NCBI GenBank assembly: GCA_951406725.2
Contig: OX597819.1
Location: 10,788,001-10,852,000, forward strand
Direction: 5' to 3'
From: Octopus vulgaris
Lineage: Eukaryota
DNA: 64,000 nt
The first letter of the stretch is position 1, and each line of letters starts with the position of its first letter. Under the pieces are notes generated by a model, which saw only the letters and a list, made by a program, of their open reading frames with translations, made no database searches and was not told the DNA's origin. Position numbers and translations under genes: made by a program. Below are positions 25,490 to 37,970 of the stretch, piece after piece.

Positions 25490-25915
25490 GGAAGCTGAAA
25501 AATACAAAGCAGAGGTCATAATATCTGACAGCTATGGAAAAAAAAAAAAAAATGAAGAAACAGCAAAAACTGTAAAGCAGCTCAAATCTAACTAAAACTG
25601 GAACTACAAAATGCCATGGCAAAAAAAAAATGGCAAGAAAAGCCCTTAGATGGCAAATACTGGGACAAGCTGAACAGAAGAGAAATAGACAAATCCAAAC
25701 ATTGGTTTGGAAGTGTGGGACTCAAGGCAGACACCAAAGAGTTGTTAATTGTGAAAAAAGATCAAAACCTCCAAACCAGAAATCACCCCACCACACACAC
25801 ACAAAAGCAGGATACAGTAATTGAAGAATATGTGGTGATGGGGAAGAAACAATATATCCCATTGCCTTTGGCTACCCAGTCTTGAAGAAACAATATATTT
25901 ACAGACATAACAGAA
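25490..25915 (+). pseudogene. R4/Dong-type LINE fragment (post-RT to zinc-knuckle region)
   Basis: WQEKPLDGKYW...IDKSKHWFGSVGLKADTKELLIVKKDQNLQTRN, then in other frames RICGDGEETI and QYIYRHNR. Confidence 0.75.
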
Positions 25916-25927
25916 TTTACATAGATT

Positions 25928-26170
25928 GACAGTGACTTCAAAGTTTTGGCTTGCTTGCTGTCATCAGGATGTGCTATACTTAGGTTAATTTGGGTTTATA
26001 CAGTTTTTGCCAAGTTGGTTTTCTTGGTAAATGAGCCTATATGAATGAAAATTAGGTGTAGGAAGAATGGGGGAGTAGTTGTGTAGGAAATGGGGATAGA
26101 GATGGATAAGAAGAATTGGCCAATTTAAAATTTCTTAATAGAAATCTAGTTCTTTTTTGAAGCATAAAAT
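25928..26170 (-). mobile_element. Decayed Penelope-like 3' end with a degenerate hammerhead motif
   Basis: Minus strand has a KELDF/IKKF-like GIY-YIG end, then CTGATGA-CAGC-AAGCAA-GCC-AAAA-CTTTGAAG-TC. Confidence 0.4.
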
Positions 26171-26289
26171 ATAAGAACAACCTACTTTGTATACAAAGAA
26201 TGTCACCTGAATTTAACACACCTGTTTATGTCTTTACTCTCATTGATTACTGAACCCTAAACACGAAATTCCTCCACATTAAACCAAAA

Positions 26290-26935
26290 TCTCACATGTG
26301 ACAGCAGTCGTTTGACATAAGCCCACAGGTTGGAAATTGTTGGACACTGCATGAGTGCGTGCAGAACAGTTTTGTCGCTCTGACCACATCTCGGGCAGGT
26401 CGGCCCCGTGTTTCTTGAGCCGTGTCTGTAGAGCTTATCCCAAATGAGTAGCGCTTCTCAGTAGCACTGCCAGGCCAGGGATCTCTGGAAGTTGTCCATG
26501 GGCCCTGGCCCGAAAGTCGTCCTGAACAGGTGGGTCAGGTATTCCTCATCGACGTCCAGGTTCACCCTGAGCTTGTCGTCGTACTTCCCCTCCACTAATC
26601 CCTTATAGAATGCTTTGGTTGTGTTGAAGTCACTCAAGGTCAACCCGGGACGGCATAGTTGCTTGAGAGCAACGCGACACTCACGGTGCCATTCATCCTT
26701 CCACAACTGCAGTTCGGTCATGTAGAGATGAGTTGCAGGAAAGCGTGCCTCACAAACGGCGACTACACCTCTTCACCGTCGTCGATGAAGATCCAGAGAT
26801 GTTGCAGTCTCAGCACGTGTCTGCGCATCATCAACCACGGCATGCCCAGTCCTCCTTTTAATGGGTGTTGACAGCAAATAGATCACCTGATCATTGGGAC
26901 GCATCTTTTCCACAAAAAGCGAAAGAGAATGCAGC
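26290..26935 (-). pseudogene. L1/Tx1-clade LINE ORF2 C-terminal fragment
   Basis: GC-rich island reading NFQRSLAWQCY*EALLIWDKLYRHG...CPRCGQSDKTVLHALMQC...LW (CCHC knuckle). Confidence 0.75.
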
Positions 26936-27122
26936 CTTGAATTGACTAATTGTGCATGAAATTTGGTAGACAGAAACTGCATAGAAGCTCATTGCATATA
27001 TGTGTGCATATGTGTGCAGCATGTGTGTGTGTGTGTTTGTGTGTGCACACACATTTGTGTTTTTGAATTGACACTGCTGGGACAGTAGTAATGCTTATAT
27101 CTTGTAGTTTTTTGGTATTTAA

Positions 27123-27342
27123 CCCTTTCGTTACTGTATTCAATTTGAGATGCTCTGTGTTTCTTTCCATTACTTTAAATATAACAAAGAATTTAGTAAA
27201 ATAACTTAGTTATCTTTCAGCTAGTGTTAGGAACATAAATTGTGACTAAGGTTTGGTGGAAGATTTCAATTCAAAACTTATGAAAACAAGATATTTGCAC
27301 TCAGAGCCAGAGCCGGTTTCAGCTGGGTTGGTAACGAAAGGG
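27123..27342. mobile_element. piggyBac-type MITE family P1, inverted relative to 17585
   Basis: TTAA|CCCTTTCGTTAC ... GTAACGAAAGGG|TTAA. The interior is the reverse complement of 17585-17795. Confidence 0.9.
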
Positions 27343-27639
27343 TTAAATATGCAAAGAGCAGTGGAACAAAGTACCATGCTTGAAAAGAAAGGTTGGTATC
27401 AGGAAAGGCATCAAGTTGTAGAATATTGTCTGAAGAAGACTAAAAGGGCATGAAAGTTAAAGACAAAGTAAAAGAACAAAGGAAAATAAGAACCGAAATG
27501 AAATGAAAGGTATTGCAATAATGCCATTGACTATAGGCAGTGCAAACAACCAAAAGACATTCTATCAATCATGCTTTCTCTATGTTTATGAATTCTTTCA
27601 GTTTATTCATTTGTAACATTCCATGCCATCTTCTCAATT

Positions 27640-28015
27640 CCCAACACCACCATTGTCCTCCTCACCACTATCAGTCATCCTCACATCACCCCCCAACTTT
27701 CTCCTTACCAATACTGTCATCTTCATTTCCAACAGTCATACTTATCATTGCCATCACCACCATTGTCCTAACCATTGCCACCACCACCATCGTCATAACC
27801 ACTGCCACCTCCACCACCAGTCCTCATCAATGCTACCACTTTCACCTTCATCATTAGCAACCCAAACATTCTCATCATTGCCACCACCATCCATATTACT
27901 ACCATACCTGTCATCCTCCTTATTACTACTATCATCTTCATCATTACCACCCTTATCATCCTCATCATTGCCACCATCATGATCTTCAATTCCACCACCA
28001 TCATATTATCATCAC
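27640..28015. repeat. Degenerate (CAC/CAT)n trinucleotide tract
   Basis: Yields low-complexity His/Thr/Ser-Pro ORFs in all frames. Confidence 0.8.
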
Positions 28016-28612
28016 ACTAGTTTTTAACTTTGAAGCTTTTTTCTGGTTTTTTTTTTTTTTTTATAGTCTAAGATATTCCTTTATCCTTTATCTTGGTAGC
28101 ACTCAAAAAAGAAGGGCAGAAATAATGGTATCAGTAATCCAACAAGGTATTTATTACAAGTTATATAATTGGTGAACCAATTCTGTTTAGATTATTAGAT
28201 ATTCCAATTAGTACTATATAATAATAACCTAATTAGTTAATATTTTTATTCATTATTAAATTTCTAATAACCCTTTAATTATCTCCCTCACCTTTCACCT
28301 TGTTCACTTATTAAATATTCATGAAACATAAGTTATTCATATTACCTTCAAGTCCTGACTATAAGGTCAAGTCAACAGGATATTTTTATACTATTCTAAC
28401 TAATCTCCACTTTTCAACAGAAAAATAAAATAATTTAGAATTTTATCTAAAAACTGACAAGCAGACAAACAGGAAAACTAAAGAGGAAAAGAATTTTAAA
28501 TTTATAAATGTCTCAGATACCTAAAATAACTCCCTGGATGAAAGTTGACTTTTTTACATTAGAAGGGAAAAAAATGATTTCCAATTCAATCATATGTACT
28601 AAAGCCAATCAA

Positions 28613-28653
<41 letters not shown>

Positions 28654-30062
28654 ATATCAAACTATTGATCTTTCAGAAATATAGATAATGGCAATTGTGT
28701 ACCAGAATAAAAGAAAAAAAAAACCTTTGAAAATGATCCTCACCTGACTGCACAACAAGTAGTAACAGAATTCAATTAGGATCTAATTCTGTTTTTTTTT
28801 TTTTTTAATAAAGAAAATAAGAGTAAAAGAAAAAAACTAAAAGTAAAATGACAGAAAATGAACAAAATAAACTATCTGAAAATGCCAACATGATAAGGAC
28901 AGCAATCAGAGTATATTCAAAATACACAAAATGACAGAAAACAAGACAAGCTTGCTTCAGTATTGAGTTTTAGAAGAAAAAAGTCGTTTCTACAGTATAG
29001 GGAAAATATGCTATACAGCTATTAATTCTGTGAACTGCAACAATGTGATGCTTGTACAATGTTGTTTTATTGTCATCTCTAAGGAGAATTATGGACACAA
29101 ATTTGCAAGGATAAACAAGAATTACCTTGCACATAATCATGCACTGATGGAAAAGAGATTCTCTCTTCATTGTAACATTTTCTAGATTTAATATAAAAAA
29201 AAAAACTAATTTCATCCAGAATAAATCCTTAACTAAATGTGTTATGCCATGGAGCTGACAGCAACCCACTTTATAATAAAAGAATGATCATATATGCTGA
29301 CAGGTAAGACAGCAGGCTTCAATACACTTTTCCATCCAGAAGTATAAAAGGCCATCTCATTATTGTATGACAACTGGTATGCTCAAAGGATTAATATTTA
29401 ATAGAAGCATTTATAGAAGCAAATGAAGAATTAACTTGATAGGCAAGTCAACTCCAGACAATATATTAATGCTATATCAGCTAGAAGTGACATGTTATAA
29501 AAACTAACATTTTAAAAAATAATACACATCTAAAGATATTTCTTGTTTCAAATATAACCATAAACAATATAGTAAACAAACATTAAAAAAAAAAATGAAT
29601 TAATTTAATTAACAGCCTATAACTCAAAAAAATTGGCAGTCAGCATTTTAAGGAATACAAAATAATGTGGGGAAGAAGTATTTTTTTAAAAATTGCTTAT
29701 CAGGTTGGTTTGATCAGTTTTGAAACATATTACAACACAGAATAGCCATTTGAATGTCAACTATGCTCTTGAAATTCATATGCTACTTAAGTATCTCTTT
29801 CAATTAGTTAAGCAGTCTTCTCTGTTTAACCATAATATTAGTATTTATAAATCAACTTCAGGGTAAAGAAAACCATATAGCGATTTAAGATTAGAACTAC
29901 AAGTAAATCCAATATTCTAATTTTTAATACACACACATATATATATATTAGTGACAAAGCCTAGAAGTGGTTGCAAGTGACTAAATGTTGATCTTAAGAA
30001 TATCATTCACACACAGTAGTGTGTGAATGATATACATACATGGTTCAAAATTGCATAACCTC

Positions 30063-30113
30063 CCCACCATTAATCGATTTTCAAACCTTATTAGGATCTC
30101 ATCAGAGGTAGCC
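30063..30113 (-). ncRNA. Minimal type I hammerhead-like motif, partly decayed
   Basis: Minus strand: ACCT-CTGATGA-GATCCT-AATA-AGGTTT-GAAA-ATCGAT-TA-ATGGT, with palindromic stem III AATCGATT. Confidence 0.5.
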
Positions 30114-30367
30114 ACATCATATTGACAATCTCCAGAGAAACAGGCAGCCAAACTGTGTATACACTCAACAAATGCAGCAGTTATTCTATGAAGGTTTCCC
30201 TAATTTGTGCACCTAAAGTGTTTAACACTCTATAGATATCAGTGGCCTGTCAACGGATACCTTAGTCCACACAGTATCAAAGTATGATATAATATATTCG
30301 TAACATATGATATAATTATAAACAGGGCAAATTTTAGCCATTTCTCCGCAGACTGAAAAAATGAAGA

Positions 30368-30416
30368 ACAGCCTTAATCGATTTTTTAACCTTTTGGGTT
30401 CTCATCGGAGTTGTCC
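30368..30416 (-). ncRNA. Second, more decayed copy of the same hammerhead-like motif
   Basis: Minus strand: CCGATGA-GAACCC-AAA-AGGTTA-AAAA-ATCGAT-TA-AGGCTGT. Part of an ~85-bp direct repeat offset by 304 bp. Confidence 0.35.
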
Positions 30417-30612
30417 ACATCATTCTGACAGTCCCCAGAGAAACAAGCAGCCAACTCACATGGATCTACGCAGGATTGCACCTAACATCAGAGAGCTGAA
30501 CTATGAACTTTTATGGTACTTTTTTTCTCTCTCTCCCCATCCCCTTATTCTTTTACTCCCATTCTCTATGTCATCATTTCATTAATATATACCCTTCTCA
30601 TTTTCCCTATTT

Positions 30613-30668
30613 GTCTCTGATGACTGAATATCCCATACTCAGGGATATCCCAGAAACAGCTGTCAGAC
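30613..30668 (+). ncRNA. Minimal type I hammerhead ribozyme motif
   Basis: GTCT-CTGATGA-C-TGAATATCCC-ATACTCA-GGGATATCCCA-GAAA-CAGCTG-TC-AGAC: stem I GTCT/AGAC, long stem II, palindromic stem III and a GTC triplet. Confidence 0.8.
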
Positions 30669-31179
30669 TTTGAATTTTTTCTAATAATAATAATGCATAT
30701 GACTTGAGATGTTTGTTTTGCCTTAACGTTTGTTGTCCTCTTTAACAATTTATATATATATAAAAGTTGTAATAATGAAAGGAATTAGTAGTATATTGCA
30801 CCTTATTATTATTATATGCTTGTATGCTTCTACAGATGGATTATGTTCCATCTTGCGGGATGTTTATATGTATATTCTGTGATTAAATGTTCGAATTATG
30901 AAATGCTATGCGGATGACCTTGCATTTGTTTGTTCAATAACTTTAGTTTGATATATATATATAGGTATACATACACACACATATATATACATATATATAT
31001 ATATACGCATATATATATACACACATATATATACATACATACAAACACACACACACACACACCAATGACAATATGGTTTTCAAATTTGAACATTAACTGT
31101 CCATAAAATATTCAAAGCAAATACTTTCACAACTAAATTTCTTGTCTAATTCTAACCAGTCACTACTATGAAGTAAAAG

Positions 31180-31460
31180 TTCTTCAGCTAATTTTAGCCA
31201 TCACAGCAAAGCCCATTCTGGAGTACTACCTTTATTGACACTTTTCCCTCTACTACTAGATCCAGGTGATAGAGCTGAAATACCACCTTATTCAATACCA
31301 CAACATCAACCATTGGTACAGTTAAAGGAATCCTCTCTGTTGCAAACATTTACACTTGCTCACCTTACTAATTTCCTCTTCTGCCCATATTTCATTTTCT
31401 ACTGACAATGGACTGCAAATGTCCACTTTGGACATCAACCTGGCCTATCTAATTATATTG
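31180..31460 (+). pseudogene. Possible highly decayed CR1/Jockey-like RT C-terminal fragment
   Basis: KPILEYY motif with weak downstream similarity only. Confidence 0.3.
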
Positions 31461-31835
31461 GGATAATGAGCACGGAGATAACGATCTCAGATGAAAATGC
31501 TTTGGAGCATAAAATGAAATTACATTAAACTAGAGGAAGACATTTTAAAATAAATCCTAAAAAATTAAGATTTTCTTCAAGCTTATTCTCTATGAAGTGA
31601 TGATGAATATACAAAAGCAAAGTGTGTGTGTGTGCATATGTGAGTGTGTATGTATGTGTGTGTGTGTGCAAATTATCTAATATAAATTTCCATATTTTTT
31701 ATGCTTTATCATAATTAAACAACATAACATGAACAGCTTTCAAAAGAAGAGAAAATAAAGATGAAACACTATAGAATGAGGATAAGGATGGAGGACTATT
31801 CACCATACGATAGTAACCTCAGATCTTATAATGAA

Positions 31836-32231
31836 CTAGCAGTATCGCCCGGTGTTGCTTGGGTTTGTAAGGGAAATAACTATATAAGCATTTTTAGAGA
31901 TGTAAAGTATAATAGCCATCTCAATATGGCTAACCACAAAGGGGGGGTGTTACTGTAGCTTTTTACGTTCTGAGATTTAATAATAAATTTTTAGAGAGTT
32001 ACTTCCCTTATATATGCCAAAAATGCATTAAAAATGTGGAAAAATTGATGGTAAATTTTTTTTAAATCGTAGACTCATCGTAGACGCACGCTAATACCCA
32101 GAAGGGCTCAATATGAATCACGACTATAAGATACCCGGTTTTGGTTAAATTGCTCCGCAAAATGTGGGAGTAGTTAGGAATCTAAATCGTAGGAGACAGA
32201 CAGCACACAACCTCACTTTTATATATAAAGA
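31836..32231 (-). mobile_element. Non-autonomous Helitron family H1, copy 3
   Basis: Same TC...hairpin-CTAG termini, inserted at A|T. Confidence 0.85.
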
Positions 32232-32688
32232 TATGTTTTATTACAGTGTAAATCATACAATTCTACTTGCTCCAATTTGTCCAGTGAAAAACAACAATCT
32301 TGAAACAGGGTTAAGGTTAACAGGAATGGGAGTGCAGTTAAGAAATTTGTAATACAATCACTTAGTTCTGGGTTTGATCTCACAGCATAGCAACTTATAC
32401 AAACTGTCTTCTGCTATAGACTTAAGTCAACTTTACTAAAGGAAATTTTGGTACACGGAGATTCTGCAGAGCCAGATGGCTTGGCTAATTCTGTTCCTGG
32501 TTGACATTGTGTTGCATAGTTTAACATTATACAGATGTAGGAAAAGGACTTAAAACAGTTTTTGAGGAAAAAATGCTTTCTTTGAAACATTAGAAACATT
32601 GAGAAAATGTTAGTTTGTGAACATGACTCAACAACTAGACCTTGCCTTACAAATGTGCACGACAGGTATATACTCATTCTATATAAAA

Positions 32689-33061
32689 CTAGCAGTATTG
32701 CCCGACGTAGCTCAGGTTTGTAAGGGAAATAACTATATAAGCATTTTTAGAGATGTAAAGTATAATAGCCATCTCAATATGGCTAACAACAAAGGGGGGT
32801 GTTACTGTAGCGTTTTACGTTCTGAGATTTAATAATAAATTTTTAGAGTTACTTCCCTTATATATGCCAAAAATGCATTAAAAATGGGAAAAATTGATGG
32901 TAATTTTTTTTTAAATCGTAGACTCATCGTAGACGCGCGCTAATACCCAGAAGGGCTCGATATGAATCATGACTATAAACTGCACCGCAAAATGTGCGAG
33001 TAGTTAGGAATCTAAATCGTAGGAGACAGACAGCACACAACCTCACTTTTATATATAAAGA
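32689..33061 (-). mobile_element. Non-autonomous Helitron family H1, copy 4
   Basis: Same termini, with an internal deletion of about 20 bp between GACTATAA and ACTGCACC. Confidence 0.85.
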
Positions 33062-34489
33062 CTACTCAATATTTAATCTACAACATCTACAATGAGTATA
33101 AACACAATATACATTCATAAAAATGATATATGTGAATTATGTTCAGCTTAACCTGTTGAAGTGTTATATTAATATATATTCTACCACGTTATGCCTCTGA
33201 AATGTATGTATGCATCAGACACACCACAAATACACACATATGTAACATTCATACACACTTCAAGCACATCATTTTTCCACACACAATGCACTACATCATA
33301 TGACACCATACCATACAACAAAATAAGACACACAACATCATACTATGACACCACACGAAGACACACCATAAAAGCCAACATATCAACACTGCAACACAGG
33401 ACATAACAACATCACAACACACCACACAACACAACACACTACATGACACAACACCACCATCATACAATCACAGTAACACAACACTCTCATATATAAGTAG
33501 AAACTGGAGAAGAAGAAGAATGAGCTGGATGGGAGGATAATAAAAGGATGAGTGAGACAAAAGGGAGGGAGATGAGAGGTGAGAAAGAGGACATATACGC
33601 ATGCATATGTGCATGAATAATACAAAATAAAATAACATATATGTATTGATTATTTCAAGAGTCAGCTAAAATTATTATGTATCTATGGAATTATTAAAAA
33701 CAATATACACCACAGCCACTGCTGCCATTACCAAACAACATCTCTATGTAGTTGCTCAACCTACTGGAAACAGCAATCAAACCTCCCTCATAATCACATC
33801 CTACCATCTTAAAAACAAAAGATATCAACACATTGAATGATGCTGTCCTAAATATACTAAGTCTGAAAGAAAGATCAAATGACCACATTCTAAATTGTAA
33901 GCTTGCTCAACCAGAGCTGACCTAAAGCGGAAAACCTCCTCCACCACCAATAACGACAACACTACCACCTTAAAAAATTAAAGTACCATCACTATTAACA
34001 TCAAAAAGGGAATAAGGCCTTTAGAAATAGCAGTTAAACTTCTCCTCTTAAATCACACCCTACTATCAGAGAAAAGATGTTGAGTAATGTGGCCCTAAAT
34101 CCTTTGTGCATAGGAAAAAGACAGAATGGTCATAAAGGAATGCCTTTGATCATGGATCAGCTCCATCAGTGTTGACCTGGGGTTAAACAGCAACACCAAG
34201 GAATATCTCTAAAAGAGAATCAGCAAAATTTCCCTTGCAGCACAAAGACAAAAGCAACTTAACAATAATAATATATGCAATAACAGAATAAAGTGAAAAT
34301 GGCAGGAATATCACAAGGAGACATTTTAATTACTAACACCCTTCCCTACTCCCTACTGAATATGTCATATCTTGAATTGCTTAAACAGGATTAGTGGTTT
34401 GTAACACTAACTGTCTTTAATAATTCTTGAGACATCAATATTTTACAATCTACCTCAATAGAAATATGTCTATATTTAAATGGGAGATT

Positions 34490-34548
34490 ATGTATGTGTG
34501 TGTGTATGTGTGTGTGTGTGAGTGTGTGTGTGTACATGTTTGTATACA

Positions 34549-34606
<58 letters not shown>

Positions 34607-34637
34607 TGTATACAAACAGGTACACACACACACTCAC

Positions 34638-34676
<39 letters not shown>

Positions 34677-34704
34677 TGTATACAAACATGTACACACACA
34701 CACT

Positions 34705-34756
<52 letters not shown>

Positions 34757-34760
34757 CAAA
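34490..34760. repeat. Fold-back compound microsatellite
   Basis: The 44-bp unit at 34517-34560 is inverted at 34595-34638 and again from about 34665. Confidence 0.85.
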
Positions 34761-35079
34761 TATGTATGTGTGCATATCAACATGACTGTTTGTGTGTGTA
34801 TACATGCATGCATACATACGCAAGTGTTGGTATGTATGTGCATGTGTAAGTATACGCATTCAATATTAACAAAGCTGGAAAGGAACTACTTTTGTTGTTG
34901 CTTGTTAAGGTGGCCATATCAGCAGAATCAATAGAACATCAGAAATAATGCCTGGCAGTATTTCTTCCAGCTCTTTGCATTCGGAATTCAAACCTTGCAA
35001 GGTCAACTTTATTTTTCATCCTTCAGGATTGATAAGGTAAAGTACCAGTCAAGTTAGCTGACCTATTGCTACTGTTATT

Positions 35080-36128
35080 ATTACCTCCGCTTTCGCTAAG
35101 GCAGAGGTATTGTTTTCAGTCGTGTTTGTTTGTTTGTCCATGGACAAGATATCTCAAGAACCACTGGATGGAATCGGATGAAACTTTCAGGGATGTTTGG
35201 CTACGTGACTGGCACAAACTGATTAGATTTTGGGCTCAATCCGGTACCAGACAAGGATTCTGGATTATTTGTTATATTTACTTTACATGAAGTATTACGA
35301 TCTTATGTTGACTTTCAAGTCTTTCTCTGATTATCTCCCTTGAAAGCACGCTCATGGTTTCCACATAAGTTATGGTAGCATTGCTGTTTCCAAAGTTTTA
35401 TTTTCATTTCTCCATTATTAATTTTACTTGCATCTCTATCTTAGTAGAAACTGATGGATACATAAACCAAACTACATAAATAAACAGCAGCAAAACAGTT
35501 CAGAAATTAAATAACACTAACATACTCAGTAACAATAATAAATTTAATTTATCCTCAACAATTTTTAGTTTTACCAATTTTGAACATATCGCTCCTGTTT
35601 AAAACTTCTTACCTACTTGACAATTACATTTCTATCTCTGCCTTGAAGGAAGCTTTACTTCTTGGACTTATGTTTTTGTGCACAATGATGTTGTTAAACT
35701 GTTAACAGCACTGTATGCAGGTTCTTTCAGTTTTCTTTTATGCACAGACAAATTTTTCACTATAGACCTTAATGGGCATAAAGACATTATATCAGTGGAT
35801 AGACTAAAAAAGGCCTTCATAGAGAAAACTGTCCCTGTTCCTGCTACAGATGACACACACATAGCATTTCAAACATGGCCTGCACACCCATCTTCACATT
35901 TCCTGACCACCATTGGGATCGATCGGATACCGGACAAGGATTCTGGATTATTGTTCCGTTTTTTTTTTTACTTAATTTTTGAGAGCTGTCAGGTTCATTT
36001 TTAGTATTCTCGTTTGTGAGAGCAGTCGAGTTTATTTCAGATATCCTCATTTTAAAAATCCTCTCCAGCTAATTGTTGAGAAGACATTGGTGTTGCATTG
36101 GCAGAGGTTTGCACTCTCTGAGTGCTTT
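35080..36128 (+). mobile_element. Helentron/DINE-like non-autonomous element
   Basis: 5' ACCTCCGC...GCAGAGGT inverted repeat and (GTTT)n. 3' GGCAGAGGT subterminal repeat plus GCACTC-TCT-GAGTGC hairpin, then a T run. Confidence 0.65.
35660..35830 (+). pseudogene. Gypsy-type integrase C-terminal (GPY/F module) fragment
   Basis: YVFVHNDVVKLLTALYAGSFSFLLCTDKFFTIDLNGHKDIISVDRLKKAF fits the pattern VFVRxD...PYxGPF...VSxDRLKxA. Confidence 0.7.
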
Positions 36129-36159
36129 TGTTATTATCATTATTATTATTATTATGTAA

Positions 36160-36640
36160 GGTGGTGAGCAGGTAGAATTGTTAGCCTGCCGGGCAAAATA
36201 CTTAACGGCATTTTGTCTATCACTACGTTCTGAGTTCAAATTGTGCCTATAGTAGAAAAGATTATTATTATTAAGGCAGTGAGCTGGCAGAATTGTTAGA
36301 GTGCTGGGCAAAATGTTTAGTGGCAATTTGTCTGTCTTGGCATTCTGAATTCAAATTCCACTGAGGTCAATTTTATCTTTCATCAGCCCAAGGACAATCA
36401 AAGTACTAGTGAAGTATTGGGGGTTGATATAAATTACTATATTCCCCTACCCTAAGTTTTCAGACCTTGTGCCTATGTTAAAAAAAGCAACAACTACCAC
36501 CACTGTTGTAGTCATCAGAGCAGTGAATGGCACAATTAGTAGAATATCAGATTAAATGATGTCTCTTTGTATTGTGAGTTAAAATCCAATTAAGTTCGAC
36601 TTTCCTTTCATCCCAATAAAATGAATATCTGTCAAACACT
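36160..36640 (+). mobile_element. Cluster of three partial SINE family D copies
   Basis: Repeated GTGAGCTGGCAGAATTGTTAG...GAGTTCAAAT heads at about 36160, 36275 and 36520. Confidence 0.7.
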
Positions 36641-36919
36641 GCAAGTGCATTTTATCAGCTACACTTCTATTTAAATGTCCTGTTTAAATTCCATTTAAAT
36701 AAAACACTTCATTTTTCATTCTATAAGGATCAATAAAATAAAAACCAGTGGTTTTTTAGCCTTCACAGAATTCTTATAGTAACTATCTTGTTGACTTTTT
36801 TGTCTTCCTTTTTGTAAGCATAGTACATAAAGGATACAATATTCACAAAAAATGCAATGGAACACATTAACACATATAGGTACATAGCAGCATAATTTCT
36901 TTCAGATATTTTTGTAAGC

Positions 36920-37070
36920 ACAGGTATGGCAGTATGATAAGGTTACTTTCCAACTACATGGTTTTGGGTTCAGTCCCACTGCTTGGCAAGTGACTTCTAC
37001 TATTGCCTTGGACCAAACAAAACTTTGTGAGTGAATTGGGTAGATAAAAAGTGAAAAAAATCTGTCATAT
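36920..37070 (+). mobile_element. SINE family B, 5' part
   Basis: GGGTTCAGTCCCACTG...TTGTGAGTGAATTGGGTAGA. Confidence 0.7.
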
Positions 37071-37970
37071 CTGTCAGGCATGCAGTGACCAATAACGGAA
37101 TGTTATAGTTGAGTCTACTGTGTGTTTGACAATATATGCCTAGCTTGCAAATAAAAGTGTAAGGGGTCCAGACCATTTGCATGTTGATTGCATTTTATTA
37201 GTTAATTTTCAATCTTCATCAACCTATGAACGATAGTTTGGCATGGAGCTGTCTTCATGTACGTCTGTGTGTGTATGTGTGTGTGTGTGCATGCTTGTTC
37301 TTGTGTGAGTGAGTGTATGTGTGTTCTTGTGTGGATGTGTGTGTGTGCGTGCGAGCATGTTCTGTTTTTTTTTGTATTTATGTGCATGGAGGAAGCTACT
37401 GTGTGTGTGTGTGTGTGTGTGCACAAGCGTGTTCTGTTTTTATGTATTTATGTGTGTGGAATGTAGATATAGCAAAAACAATGTCACATTTTAAACTTGA
37501 AAAAAGCCTTGTACATTTGTTCTTACCTGCTTCATTTATGTATGTAAAATCCGTAAATTTCCAAGAAGAAAGTGAGATCAATGTTGAAAAAGTTGTATTA
37601 GTTATAATAGTCCATGTGGTGTTTTTTTTAACCATCAAAGAGCAGAAATATTGCAACATGCATCAAAGAGCCGAAAAATTGCAACATGCATCAAAGCACT
37701 GAAATATTGCAACATGCATGGAAAAAAGGAAGAAATGTAAATTAACACTTACTATTGATTAAAGGAAATGCAAAAGAAAGAAATATAAATGACATTGATT
37801 TCTATTAATTTTAAAGCTAAATTAAACAAGATCTGTGGGACTATACAAGAACACACACACACACGAGAGCACACATACACATGCACACACAAGAAGTACA
37901 CACAAATATACACACACACACACACAGATGTACACCCATTAGCTACCACACCATTAGGAGAAATACGGTA

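Noticed and set aside
27540-28004. His-rich or Ser/Pro-rich protein
   Set aside because: Degenerate trinucleotide repeat that is open in several frames on both strands.
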